Shown one piece after another: positions 39,809 through 52,465 of a stretch of 64,000 nt of DNA. The notes under the pieces were generated by a model. It made no database searches and was not told where the DNA came from. It saw only the letters and a program-made list of their open reading frames with translations. Every line of letters begins with the position of its first letter. Within the stretch, counting starts at the first letter, position 1. The stretch covers positions 17,298,001 through 17,362,000 of the forward strand of contig OX597837.1 of the NCBI GenBank assembly GCA_951406725.2, written 5' to 3'. Origin of the DNA: Octopus vulgaris (Eukaryota). The position numbers and the translations under genes were made by a program.

Positions 39809-40495
39809 TATATATATATATATATATATAGGAAGAATAGAAAAAGGGGACAAGTGCTCAAGGTGTTATTAAATCAAATATATTTTCATATCTCCTACAT
39901 GTGTATTGATGGATGTGACCAAAATATGTCCGACAGGATATATAATGGTCAGCTATGCATCAATCTCTTCAGGGAAAGTATAAAAAACAGTACCCATCAA
40001 ATAGACAAGTTAACAAATATATGAAGACCCAGAAAATGTGACGTATGCATATGCCAGCACACACACAATACATATGTCAAGATAAACAATTATATTTTTA
40101 TTAATATTACATATATACATATAAACACACACACATTAATATATACATACATATGCACACGCATATGCAAACCCATAATATATATATATATATATATATT
40201 AAATTAGAGATAAAACCACTATTAGGCAAATCAAACAATGAAAAACATAAGCCAATACATAAAATTAATTTAATTTATATTATTTTAAATATATATCAAA
40301 AGTATTAAAAGTTTAATAAAAGATAAAGAGTAAAACACTACGATCGTTTCATGGCTGTACAATTCGAATAACAATAATTTAAATTCAATTAATAATTCGA
40401 GTTATGGTTACAGTCAATCTTCAGGTTAATTGAAATATCTAAAAAATAATCAGAAATATTTAAACAATATTTTAAAGATATAAATAATATAATAA

Positions 40496-40915
40496 CAATA
40501 ATAAATCTCTAAGCGAGGTATAAACAGTAACTGCTCTGTAATATAAGCGGGACCAGCCATCTGAATGTGGCTAGGGACAGGGCGGGGTGGTGGGGGTGTT
40601 ACTGATGCATTTAGCCCCAGGCGACTATAGACGTCACCAGGAGAGCCGACACCATCACGGTATCCTTGCTAGCCTGTAAAGGGAGATCAGCCGGTGCTTG
40701 CCATGCGCTGACGAGAGGCGACCACCTCGAAACCGGTCCGTGTGTAGCATCCGTATCTTCGGGGAGGCTGATCTCCCTTTACAGGCTAGCAAGGACACCG
40801 TGATGGTGTCGGCTCTCCTGGTGACGTCTATAGTCGCCTGGGGCTAAATGCATCAGTAACACCCCCACCACCCCGCCCTGTCCCTAGCCACATTCAGATG
40901 GCTGGTCCCGCTTAT
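40496..40915 (+). mobile_element. GC-rich 420-bp fold-back retroelement with hammerhead ribozyme in the loop (inner layer)
   Basis: Arms 40542-40692 and 40766-40916 (151 bp, 1 mismatch). 13-bp direct duplication AATAATATAATAA at 40483-40495 and 40916-40928. The empty site is visible in the opposite arm of the host element (about 41704-41728). Confidence 0.92.
40693..40751 (+). ncRNA. Type I (minimal stem III) hammerhead ribozyme
   Basis: Stem I GGTGCT-TGC-CATGCG paired with CGTGTG-T-AGCATC; CTGACGA at 40708-40714; stem II GAGG-CGACCA-CCTC; GAAA at 40729-40732; palindromic CCGG; TC at 40737-40738, with predicted cleavage after 40738. Confidence 0.9.
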
Positions 40916-41780
40916 AATAATATAATAATATTACTTATAATAAACTCTATTATCAAACTAGAAACATAAAACTTAACAATTATGATTATATCAAAATCGA
41001 CTATAATGTTAAATATTAACTTTAATTTATAAGGTAGGAAACCCACCAATAATCTAATAAACCAACAAATCTATCGCTAAGTAGTATCTTACGAATAAAC
41101 TTAAATTTAATATCTAATAATATAGAAAATTACGATAATTAGATCATTACATAAACAACGATATTTACATAAGGAAAATATTATTACACCAAAGACTTAT
41201 ACAATATTAAAATTTACAATTTGAAGATCTTAAATATAAATAAATAAATACTTATCTTAGTGAGGTTTAGTAATTAGTATTTATAGTATTTATTCGATAC
41301 TATATTACTACGAATTGATTATTTCTATAAGTATTTTACATAAGATTTCCGAAAGTTCGTTTAAGTTTGTTTATTTGTATTTTGAAATTAGCTATTTCAT
41401 CTTTAAATATGAAAAATTAATTTATTAGGTTTTTATTATATGTGCATATATATTTATTTATAGAGATTATTTTAGATCTTAATTATAATATTTATATACA
41501 TTTATATATTTTCATTGATAATTTATTTATAATAGTCATTTTTAAATATTTATGTAATTAGATATAGATTAATACCGATATTAGATAATTGGTGGGTTTC
41601 CTACCTTATAAATTAAAATTAATATTTAACATTATAGTCGATTTTGATATAATCATAATTGTTAAGTTTTATGTTTCTAGTTTGATAATAGAGTTTATTA
41701 TAAGTAATATTATTATATTATTTATATCTTAAAAATATTGTTTAAATATTTCTGATTATTTTTTAGATATTTCAATTAAC

Positions 41781-41866
41781 CTGAAGATTGACTGTAACCA
41801 TAACTCGAATTATTAATTGAATTTAAATTATTGTTATTCGAATTGTACAGCCATGAAACGATCGTA
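41781..41866 (+). ncRNA. Hammerhead ribozyme motif with extended stem II (mirror copy on minus strand at 40339-40424)
   Basis: CTGAAGA, TTGACTGTA...TCGAAT...ATTCGA...TACAGCCAT, GAAA, CGATCG, TA. Stem I has only about 2 contiguous bp. Confidence 0.62.
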
Positions 41867-42095
41867 GTGTTTTACTCTTTATCTTTTATTAAACTTTTAA
41901 TACTTTTGATATATATTTAAAATAATATAAATTAAATTAATTTTATGTATTGGCTTATGTTTTTCATTGTTTGATTTGCCTAATAGTGGTTTTATCTCTA
42001 ATTTAATATAATATAATATAATATAATATATTTATACTATAAAATTGGAATTAATCCTAAATCTGATTTTTCCCTGTAAGTTTGGATTTATTCCC

Positions 42096-42149
<54 letters not shown>

Positions 42150-44019
42150 GCACATACATACATACACACACATATATATATATATACATATATATATATA
42201 CATATATATATACATATACACACACACACATACATATGGATACATATATACATACATATACCCATACAAACATACATATTTCTATATATACATTTATACA
42301 CATACACGTGTAGAAGGGCACATATACACATGTACATATATATACATCCACACATAAATATATGTACATATACATTTTTTTTGGTTCCAGCTCAGAGCTG
42401 TGGCCATGCTCATGTATATGCTGATATATATATATACACATATATATATATATATATATACATATACACACAAACATACACATATATACATACACACATG
42501 CATACACACATACATACAAACACATCTACACACATATATATACTCACAACATATACATATATACATATGCTAACATTAATAGACATATATGACTACGTAC
42601 TTACATACATAAGTACACTTACACATACAGGAGCATACACATCCAAAAAAAAACGCAATACATCTAAACGCATACTTACATACACTGACATATGCTTAGA
42701 TAAGCACATACACACATAGCACTAACATAGCATACATACAGGGACAAAACCAGATAAACACGCATATACATATATGGAAAGCTAAGTATTGAAGGGAATG
42801 CTAAAATTTGAAAATGCCATTAAGGAAATATACTTCATAAGGTAAGAGAAGAGAAGGCATAGGTGAATAGGGAGGGGGGAAAAATTAAAACAAAGTTAAA
42901 AGAGAGTGAGGGAGAGGAGCGGGCAAAATTGGATTTTATAAAAGATGGGAAAAAAATGAATGGAGGAATAAAGGTTATTGGAAGTAAGGATAAATAATAA
43001 AGAAAACATAAAGGATAATTTGCAGAAATTATTGTTAGGTAGATACTATTTGAAAAAAGAACGAAGGTGTGTTTTTTCCAGTATTTACATCTGTAAACTC
43101 ACTCCATAAATGTATTCACCAGATTATGTTTGGAAAACAGTATTGTAAATTTTGTTCCTCTGTGCAAAGCGGGCAGAAAGGTTTCCCTTTGTCATAGGGA
43201 AATGATGAAAATAAAATTTTCCAGCCTAAAGAAAAAAGCTTGTTAGAGTCCTTAAGGTGCCAGATTAGTTTACTAAGCCCTGTGGAATTACACTTACGAT
43301 TGTATTTGAAGGTAGAGAAATGGTTAGCCAGTCTCAATTTCAGTTCTGTAGAGGAGAATCCTATATAAAAATATTCCTTGTTACAAGAGGTAATCTTGTA
43401 CTGGTACATGGCATTCTTAATTCTCCAGTTTCCATTTCGGACACAGACTATATGAGGACCACAATTGCAAGGCTTAGTTTCATTGATATTATGATTTAAG
43501 GAGAGATTATCGTTAATATTATTGTAAACTTAATTAAAGTTGCTAGGGTTATTAGGAGAGACACTGTAACCTCTTAGAACACAGCTGTTATGTGATGCTA
43601 CAATTTGTAAAATATTGTAGGTGTTGGAAAAACCTAGTCTCATATGGTGTTGGTGTATATGTATATACGTGTATATATATATATGGGTTTGCGTATGCAT
43701 GTATGTATGTGCATATATATGTATGTATCAATGTGTGTGTTTATATGTATATATGTAATATTTGTAAAAAATATATGTTTAATCTAAACACATGTTGCAT
43801 ATATGTGTGCATGTTTGCATATGCATATATATACGTCACATTTTCTGGGGCTTCATATATCTGTTAAAATGTCTATTTGATGAGTACTGTTTTTTATATC
43901 CTCCCTGAAGAGATTTATGTATAGCTGACCTGTCAGACATATTTTGGATGCATCCATCAAAACATATGAAGATATAAATGATTTAATAACATCTTGAGTG
44001 ACAGAAATCTTTTGTAGCT

Positions 44020-46020
44020 AACAGAGGTAACAGCTCTCTGAATTTCCTCTACCCTATTCTTATTTTAGCTATCATACTCTCTGTGTATTCTCCCTCACAA
44101 CTAATTTGATCCCCAAGGTAGCAGAAATTATCTACTACCTCTAATGAACCACCAGGGTATTTGAGAGAATCAATTTTCCAAGTTTCTATAGTTTTTATAG
44201 ATCCTGTGCATCTTCCACATATGAACACTACCTTCCTATTAACACACTGCACCCATTGTGTGGCCATAACTTACACTGGATACACCACATGGAGTTCCTA
44301 CCTACACATTTCCTACAAATCAAGCAGGGCCTCTAACCTGAAGCAGGTATGGTCCTGTTTGTTTTCTTGCTTAATCAGGTCAGTTAACCTTAAGGCCCTT
44401 AGATTCCAGGTTTTGCTTCCACACCTGGAATTTCTCTTCAAGCTCTGTAAGGAATCTGATATGAGGACAATATCATCAGCATATAGTAGTTTCCAGGGGC
44501 TGCTGGTCTTGAATCCCTCTGTTATAGTCTGGAGGACAATGATGAAAAGGAGGAGACTGAAGAGTAAGCCCTGATGAACCCCTTCCTGTACACCAAATTC
44601 TTCGCTCTACTCATGGTTAACTCTCACCTTACTGACAGCATCATTGTACATGGCCCGTATAGATTTCACTAGCCACTTGTCTATCCCTAGCCTCCTCAGA
44701 CCCCACCATATCACACAGCAGGGTACTCTATTGAAGGTTTTCTCTAGATCAGTGAATTCCAAGTATAATGGTTTATTCTTAGCTATGTACTTCTCTTTCA
44801 GTTGCCTGACTATGTCAGTAGTGCTTCTCCTCCCCCAGATAAAGCCAAACTATATTTTGTTTACCCTAATTCTGCTCCTAATTAATTGGGCAATAACTTG
44901 CTCTGTAATTCTCATCACCTGGTCCAAGAGTTTGATGCCTCTATAATTGCTTCTGTCTAAGGCATCACCCTTATACTTGTAGCAGCTAACAATAATGCTG
45001 CTACATCCGCCACAGGGTATAACACCTTCCTGAATGACCTGATTAACTATGCGGGTGACAAGCCCATATCTTACCATACCAGATATTTTGAGCATTTCAG
45101 CCAGATGGACCAGGGGCTTTCCCAGTTTTCATATTTTTAATTGCCTTATCTATCATACTACTGTCCACTATGATAGCTGGTCTCTGTTGGTTTCACATGA
45201 GGGAAATTCCCTTTATTCTATTCATTTTCTACATTCAACAGTCTTGCATAGTAACTTTCCACATCTCTTTCTCATCCACATTACTAATTGCAAGCAGACC
45301 ATTATCCATCCACACACACTTCTCTCCTACAATATCTTTATTCTCACTGACACACTGTCTAGCAATCTGGAACACTTCAAGCCTCTGATCTTCACACTGT
45401 AGGACATTGACAGATCTCTTCTTTTCTGCTTCTACTCTAACTAGATAAACCTGACATCTCACCTCCCTTTTAGCTTTCTGATATGATTCTTTACTATCCC
45501 CTGTTTTCCAGTCTGTCCAGACTTGTTTCTTCTCTTTTATGGCCCTGTCAACATCACTGTTCCATCACCACATCTTACTTGGTCTGGCAGAGGCTTTGCT
45601 CCAACCACAAATTTGGTCTGATACCCTTAGTAGATTGTCCTATAGGAACTTTCAGTTGTTCTCTATGTCATGTGTCTCTATCCTCCTTCTCATCAGAGGC
45701 CTCATTGAGGACATCGCTAAATCTCTGCCTGTTTGAAGGATCTTTGAATTTCCACAGCCTCCTTTTCCATATTGGCTTGCATCTTTTGGGCTCTAAGCCT
45801 GAAGTCACTAACCACTAGCTTGTGTTGAGTTGGAAAGATTTTGCATTTACAAGCATATATCTATCCATGTGTTTGGTGAGGATGTAGTCAGTCTGGCTGG
45901 TGTGCCCCATCCATTGATAAGTGTTCAGATGGTTGGCAGGTTTACTGAAATTAGTCTTGCAGACCAGTAAGCCATGAGCATCACAAAACTTCAGCAGCCT
46001 TGTCCCTTCATTGTTGCCTA
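44020..46020 (-). mobile_element. Decayed RTE LINE fragment (APE to RT), related to 2501-5181
   Basis: [16 protein letters not shown]...NYRGIKLLDQVMRITEQVIAQLIR, YADD, LEVVDNFCYLGD. Confidence 0.85.
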
Positions 46021-46209
46021 CCGAGAAAAAGTTGTATCTATGCAGGGGTTCAGTGCAGGCATCATTTTATAATTAAAAAATCTGCTTTATATTATGCAGT
46101 TCTTGGTTTGGTCCCACTGCATAGCAACTTGGGCAAGACTCCTCTCCTATAGCTTCAAGTTATATCTACATAATGAGTGTCTACATATATACTTAGAATA
46201 CTTAGAAAA

Positions 46210-47150
46210 GTTTGGGACAAAATTGGCCCAGGCTATGGCTAACTTAATACTACCAATGAAGGACATTTAATGATGCTTCACATTAGTCATTCTCTGGACA
46301 CCAGAGCCCATTCAAGTAATTAGTTATTGTTAGCAGATATAGCTAAGTGTAGGTGGTCTATCTGGATTTTATAGGAGAGATTCATTCAGGAACTATTTGA
46401 ATGTTTTGAGATCTTTTCTATCTCTTATGGTTCTTGATGATGCTACAGAGAGTAGGAGCAGTTTAAATGAAATAGTTCTATCAAGTGCTGTGATGCAACT
46501 ATGATTTTTGCATAGAGACCAGCCTTGGGTGAATTTGAAAGTTGATGCCAGCAACATTTGGAAAATGCTGCCAGATACTTTCCACATCATACAAATGATA
46601 AAGCACTCATGGTGGCGTTGGAGGGAATAAAGTTTAAGTTTAAGATGATCCAAATAATCAAGACCTGCCATGCTGTCTATTTTTCTTGTGATCAATTTTA
46701 GGGGCACTTCAATTTGTATAATATTTTGGTTCATATAGGGAGACTACAGTGGACAACAATATTCAAGATGAGGATGGGTGAAGGTGGAGAAGGATAATGG
46801 TAGAAGCATCTCTAGACCGAAAACATCCAGGAGTATGCCTTACAGGCCATGTCAACTTTGTTATGTAAGCACCCCAGCTTAAGTTGTTGTTGATGGTTAC
46901 TCTGAGATTCCTAGCAGTGTTTGATGCCATGAAGTTTTCACCTGAGGGAAGAGTGTATATAGTAGCGTAAGTGAAGCCTCTTTGCTGATGTGGATTAATT
47001 CAAATTTATTCTCATTTAGCTGCATATTGTGTTTTCTCACCCATCAGATAACAGTGAGCAGATTTGACTGGAGATTAGTCCAGTCTCCTGCCCTGTCAAC
47101 AACTTTCAGAAGCTTAGAATTATCAGCGAAAATTCCAGTGCTGCTGTGTC
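46210..47150 (-). mobile_element. Decayed CR1-like LINE 3' fragment
   Basis: IFADNSKL, PHLEYCCPL, LKLYSLQRH; homologous to 54537-55845. Confidence 0.8.
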
Positions 47151-48589
47151 TCTCTTTTCTCCTATAGTTAGCTAATATTTTGTGTGGAAAATGAACTCCA
47201 AGTGTCAAATTGTAAAAGAGAGAGCACATTTAGCATTTATCTTTTCTGTTAGTGATATATACCCTCATTGTCCGGGCCTTCATTCTATAGGAGTAAACAG
47301 CAGAGACACATACAGGCATAGATACACATGTGTAAAAGTGAATGCACACACATACACACATGTACAGAAATACACACACACATGCATAGTTTTTTTTTTT
47401 TCATATGTGCAAAGGATACGACAAGTAGGAATCCAAATTGGTTTATGAAGGATTTGGTGGGTAGTGATAGCAGTTTCAGAAGTAGTGGAAATGTAGTGGC
47501 GATGGGGGAATTTGTGATTGTCATGTGATGTTGTGGTTGATAGTAGTAGTGGTAGTAATATTTGTTGTAACAACAGCAGTAGTGCATGCATGCATGTGTG
47601 TGTGTGCGTGTGTGTGTGTGTGTAAAAGAGAGAGTGTACAGGTGTGTGTGTGCATGTGTTGGTGCACTGGAAGGATGTTTACAGAATTTCAAGTTGGAAA
47701 ATATTTCTAGCATGGTTGTTATTTACAGTGTTGTTAATGTTGATGTGATGGAGAAGCATAGTGTGTATGTGAGGGGACGAGTGGACATGTGTGTGTGTGG
47801 GGATGAAGCTGCTGTGTGTGTGTGTCTATGTATGTTGAGTGGGAACACAGTAGATGGTTGTGTACAGAGAGTGAGTATTTTCAGTAGTGGTGGTGGTGTA
47901 GAGGAACAACTGTAGCAGATGCTGTAAAATCAATGTCAGCAATTTCAGGTTTTAACACAAGAAAAAAGCCAAAAACAATTTCATCCACAACATTCTAAAT
48001 ACCAAAGTATTTTTCTATTCGTTTCTTAATTTTCGTGTTCAATTTATTTAATGATTTTCACATTTGTTGTTTACTTTTTTTACTTTTTCTTTTTCAAGCA
48101 CTAATGTTTAGGTTGGGTATTTCTGAAATTCCACATATCCAACTTCAGCTGTCTCCTTTGCTACCTTTGACCTTTGCTTCTTTCTCTTCAGCAAAGGTAC
48201 AATTTTGATTAGTATTTCTTGACTCATTACATCAAGTATGTTCAGACTTGCACAATAGCAGTGGTACAGCTATTGTACTGAACACCAATCCATATTCAAT
48301 GCTATATTTGGGGTATTTCTGTGTTCCCATAGAGAACAAAGAGCACTCAACTACATTTGAGGATCTATAAAAATTAGTTGGGGTCAGGGATTTCTGAGAC
48401 AGAGTTGTGATTCACATCAGAGAAAGAAATAATGTAGGTAGCCAACTGTGGAGACCCTTCTTGTGGACATGTGAAATGACTGAATGTGGAACAACCAAAA
48501 CATTGAAGAATGAGAAAGAATTTAAAGTGAATGCAAATATGATTTTCAAACCAAAAAAATCTCCTCTACTGCATCAAATGCCCACAATG

Positions 48590-51500
48590 CAATGATAATT
48601 ACCATTATTATGGCCAGGTTCCAACCTGGACTGCAGCAACAAAAACCTATCCACCACACTTCTCAGTTCATCATCACTGCTTCAATTCCTGGATATATTC
48701 CAGGCCAGTGTCTACAATCAAGTTGTCAATGTGTGATGACATTTTCTTCTTCTTACATCGCCATGAAGTGGGTTCAAGAAGACTAATTTTTGATGTTTCC
48801 ATCTCAGGGTGGTGCACACAGTGACCAGATAGTTGTAGCCATTTGTACCTGATCATTGTGGGATGATGTCAGCAGTTGGGGAGCTGACCGGAAGATGAAG
48901 GGGCAGGAGTGACGTGCACGCAAGCAGGGGAGCATTGGCCCTTTTCGATTGGGGTAGCCGACAGAGTTGGACGTGTGAGCGCTTTGTCAAGGTAGGGGAA
49001 AAGCAGCTGCTATTTCTAGCGTTCGGGTCGGGCCACATGGAAGGGTGCATTACCACTGGAGAGGTCTGCATCGACGAAGAGAAGGTAGGTGTCCTTATTT
49101 CAAATCTACCGCATATACCACAAGCTATTTCGGCACTCCATATAAGACATCACCACGATGGCAGCTAAAATCAGGATCGCCAGCGATGTAGTGGTGAAGG
49201 CGATGTAGTGGTGAAGGCGATGTAGTGGTGAAGGCGATGTAGTGGCCTGGATGCGTAAAATCAGGTTTGTGGCAAGACTGCTAGGAATTAACGACGTGGC
49301 GAGCCTTATGGCACTGTATTTGTAAGGGAGTGTGTTGACTCTATATCTTGAGATGGACAAAGAAGAATGTCTGGATGAGGAGAAGATTGAGCAACGTCTG
49401 AGAGATGCTTACACCGAGAGTGAGTACACAGACTTTGTTAAGCTGGGCACGATTAGATGGACGGGAGAACAGGTGGATGAATATGCGGCGGAAGTTCGAA
49501 GGTTAGCCATGCTGGCTGGGTTTACAGGAGAAGGGCTGGAGAGAGCAGCGCAACTGGCATTCGTAAGTGGGTTCCCTGATGACATAAGGATTCGATTGCA
49601 GCAATTGCATGGGGGAAAAAAGAAGGCACTGAGCGAACTTGTGACTCAAGTCCACGTGTTGATGTGAAACACTGGATGGAAGGCGATAGCGATGGTGGTA
49701 ATGGAGGCACAAAAAGACGGCCAACGGCCGGAGAAGGACGGGAAGAAGCCTACCGTGCAACGACAGTGGACATTCTCAGGCCGGTGTTTTAGATGTCAGG
49801 GGTTGCACATGGGAAGGGAGTGTACGCAACCAGGGCCTGTCTGCTATCAATGCAGACAGACAGGGCACATCACCCGTGATTGTGACCAGGGAAATGACCA
49901 TGGGGAAGTTGCTGCCTCTTGAACTTTCCCCGCAAACGAATAGAGGTGCTTTTGGAGATGCTGCTCTTAATAGATGTCGAGGCTGAGGGGAAGACGTTCA
50001 AGGCCCTCATGGATACGGGTTGCATGACCATCCTTGTGATTTCAAGGGTGACGATGAAGTGGAATGGAATGGGGCAAGTAGCATCTGGGTGGTCGACGGC
50101 AGCGAAATCTGTTGCAAAGGCAGCGGCAATGTAGAGATAGTGGTGTGAGACACAACGCTAAGGCTGCAGGTAATTGTGGCTGAACACGTGATAGACGGGG
50201 TTGATGTGGTGATGGGGATGGACGCCATCAACCACCTCGGTGGCGTCAGTATTGTAGGAGATGAGGTCACGTTCGGAAGCGTGGGAGCGTCGTACGCTGT
50301 GAGTCAGGATCGCCAGAGAGAACAGAGCTCCACGAGGGGCTGCCCCACTTACACCATTGAGGACAAAGATTTTCAGGCGGCATTCGATGGTCAGTGGTGG
50401 ACAATAGAGTGGTGACGGAAGGACGAGCCCCCGATGCTGAAAAACAGAGTGAGCTGCTACCAGCATACCCTGAAAGGTCACGCCAGGGTCGAGTTTGAAG
50501 ACGAGGTGGAGAGGTTGGTCGAGGAAGGGGTCCTTGTCCTGTGGAAGGAGGAGGTAGTGGGCGGATTGCTACCCCTGATGGAGGTGGTGCAGCCGACGAG
50601 GGAAAAGTGAGACCGGTGCTGTACTTCAGAGAGCTAAACGAGCATATATCGTTCCACACGGAAGGCAAGGTGTCAGACGTTTGTGGTGAGACGCTACATG
50701 CGTGGAGACAGTTGACCAGGGCAGCGACAATTGTCAACTTGAAATCAGCATACTTGCAGCTCCATGTGAGCGACAAACTGTGACGATATCAGCTGTTGTA
50801 CTAGGACCGGACGAACTGTTTAACCGGGCTAGGTTTCGGGTTGAATTCAGTTCCAAAGATCATGGCAGCAATGCTTAAGTCCGTCCTAAGAAAAGACGAC
50901 AAGATTAGAAAGGCTACCAGTTCCTACATAGATGACATTTTGGTGGACAAAACTGTAGTGCCAGCCAATGAGGTAGTGAGACATCTGGAGAAGTTTGGAC
51001 TGATTGCGAAGCCACAGGAGTCGATGGAAGGAGGAGCTGGACTGGGGCTGAAGCTGCGAAGAGATAGATCGAGTGAGTTGGTGTTCTGGAGATGGAATGA
51101 AATTCCAGAGCTGAGTTCCAGCATCAGCAGGAGAGTGCTGTTTTCGGTGTGTGGGAAGTTGGTCGGTTACTACCCGATCGCTGGATGGCTGCGCACGGCA
51201 TGCAGTTACACCAAGAGACGAGCGGATGGGGAGAGTTGGGGCAACAAGGTGGGAGAAGGGACGGTGGCGATGATGCAGGAAATCCTAGAGAGGACGAGAG
51301 CGGAAGACCCAGTCAGGAGGAACTGGTATGTGCCCAAGACGGAATGCGGGACCGTCTGGTGTGATGCTAGCAGTATAACGATAGGGGTTGTGTTGGAGAT
51401 CGAAGGCACTGCAGTGGAGGACGAGGCCTGGCTTTGGAAAGCAGATGACTTTAACCACATCAATGTCGCCAAATTAGACGCGGTGCTGAAAGGGGTGAAC

Positions 51501-52465
51501 TTGGCCCTGAAATGGAGGCTGTGCTCAATCGAAATCCAAACGGATTCAGCCACTGTGCTTGGCTGGGTAGGATCAGTGATCACCGGTGAGAGGAGAGTTT
51601 GGGCGAAAGGTGCCACGGAGATGTTGGTGAAGCACTGTCTAGGAGTTCTAGGTGAATTGATCGCCGAGTTCGGACTGAAGCTGAACGTGGTTTTCGTGCC
51701 TTCGGAGAAAAACAGGGCGGATGCACTGACCAGGGTGAGAAGGGCGTGGTTGGAGGAACCGGAGGAGGGACAGAAAGGGATAGCTGCAGCGTGTCGGTTA
51801 GATGACTCTGAACTGAAGAGACTGCATGCTATGCATTACTTGGGTGTGGACAGGACCCTGTATCTGGCGAAGAAGCCATTTGTGCCTGATCATCTCACTA
51901 AATTCCAGCCGGTTTCTATAGACATGTGTTTGTCATATGTTGCTGCCATTTCATATTTAGAGCCATTCATAGCATCCATTTAGCCCGTTTGATAGGTTCT
52001 TTGTCAGTGTCCATGTTCCACTGCCATATAATAGCACTGATTTGACACTTACAATGAACAGCTTGATTTTGAGTTACCTGGACAATTTGGAGTTCCACAT
52101 TTCCTTTAGTTTATGACAGGTTGTCCATGCTTGTGCCTTCCTGATCTTGATGTCTGCTTCTGAACTGCTCACCCAACCACCTAAGTACTTCAGCAACATT
52201 CAATTTGGAACTGCACAAAGCAAACAGTTCAGCGTCACTTGATTGGTTGAAAGACATGTATTCTGTTCTCTTGACATTTCTGTTCAGTCCTATTCTAGCA
52301 GCTGATGTTTCTACTCTGCTAAGCAGCTGTTGAGCTTGATTTCATTAGATATGAGTGCTGTATCATCTGCGAAGTGCAGCTCTATGATGGTTACTGCTGA
52401 TGCTCTCAGCGATCTTTGCTGGTTTATGATGAAACCAATGTCTTCATCACTGTTGTGATGCCTTC
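48590..52465 (-). mobile_element. Decayed LINE (RTE-like) split by the Gypsy insertion (pieces 48590-48856 and 51874-52465)
   Basis: HFADDTALIS, KYLG and LQLSGHCVHHPEM remnants are collinear across the insertion. Confidence 0.7.
48857..51873 (+). mobile_element. Ty3/Gypsy LTR retrotransposon: 5' LTR, gag, PR, RT, RH; truncated at the start of integrase
   Basis: Starts with TG at 48857, putative LTR end CA at about 49121. Gag with two CCHC knuckles, ALMDTG protease, RT LKSAYLQL and YIDDIL, RNase H WCDASS...TDS...NRADALTR, then H...HYLGVDRT. GC-rich relative to the host. Confidence 0.9.

Larger units (their letters stand above)
40199..42102. mobile_element. AT-rich palindromic element with ~428-bp arms, each carrying an HHR motif (middle layer)
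   Basis: 40199-40495 plus 40929-41059 is the near-perfect reverse complement of 41579-42006. ~95-bp extension at 42007-42102. Flanked by (TA)n. Confidence 0.88.
39831..43998 (-). mobile_element. 5'-truncated Penelope-like element with inverted pseudo-LTRs (outer layer of the nest)
   Basis: 39857-40177 is an imperfect reverse complement of 43682-43998. Minus-strand GIY-YIG remnant at about 43050-43490 (PCNC...YFYIGFSSTELKLRLANH...WKIL...CPLCTEE). Both arms contain CTGAAGA-GATT(G/T)ATG. Confidence 0.78.

Noticed and set aside
49183-49245. Short tandem CGATGTAGTGGTGAAGG repeats in Gypsy gag
   Set aside because: Simple slippage expansion in a dead copy.
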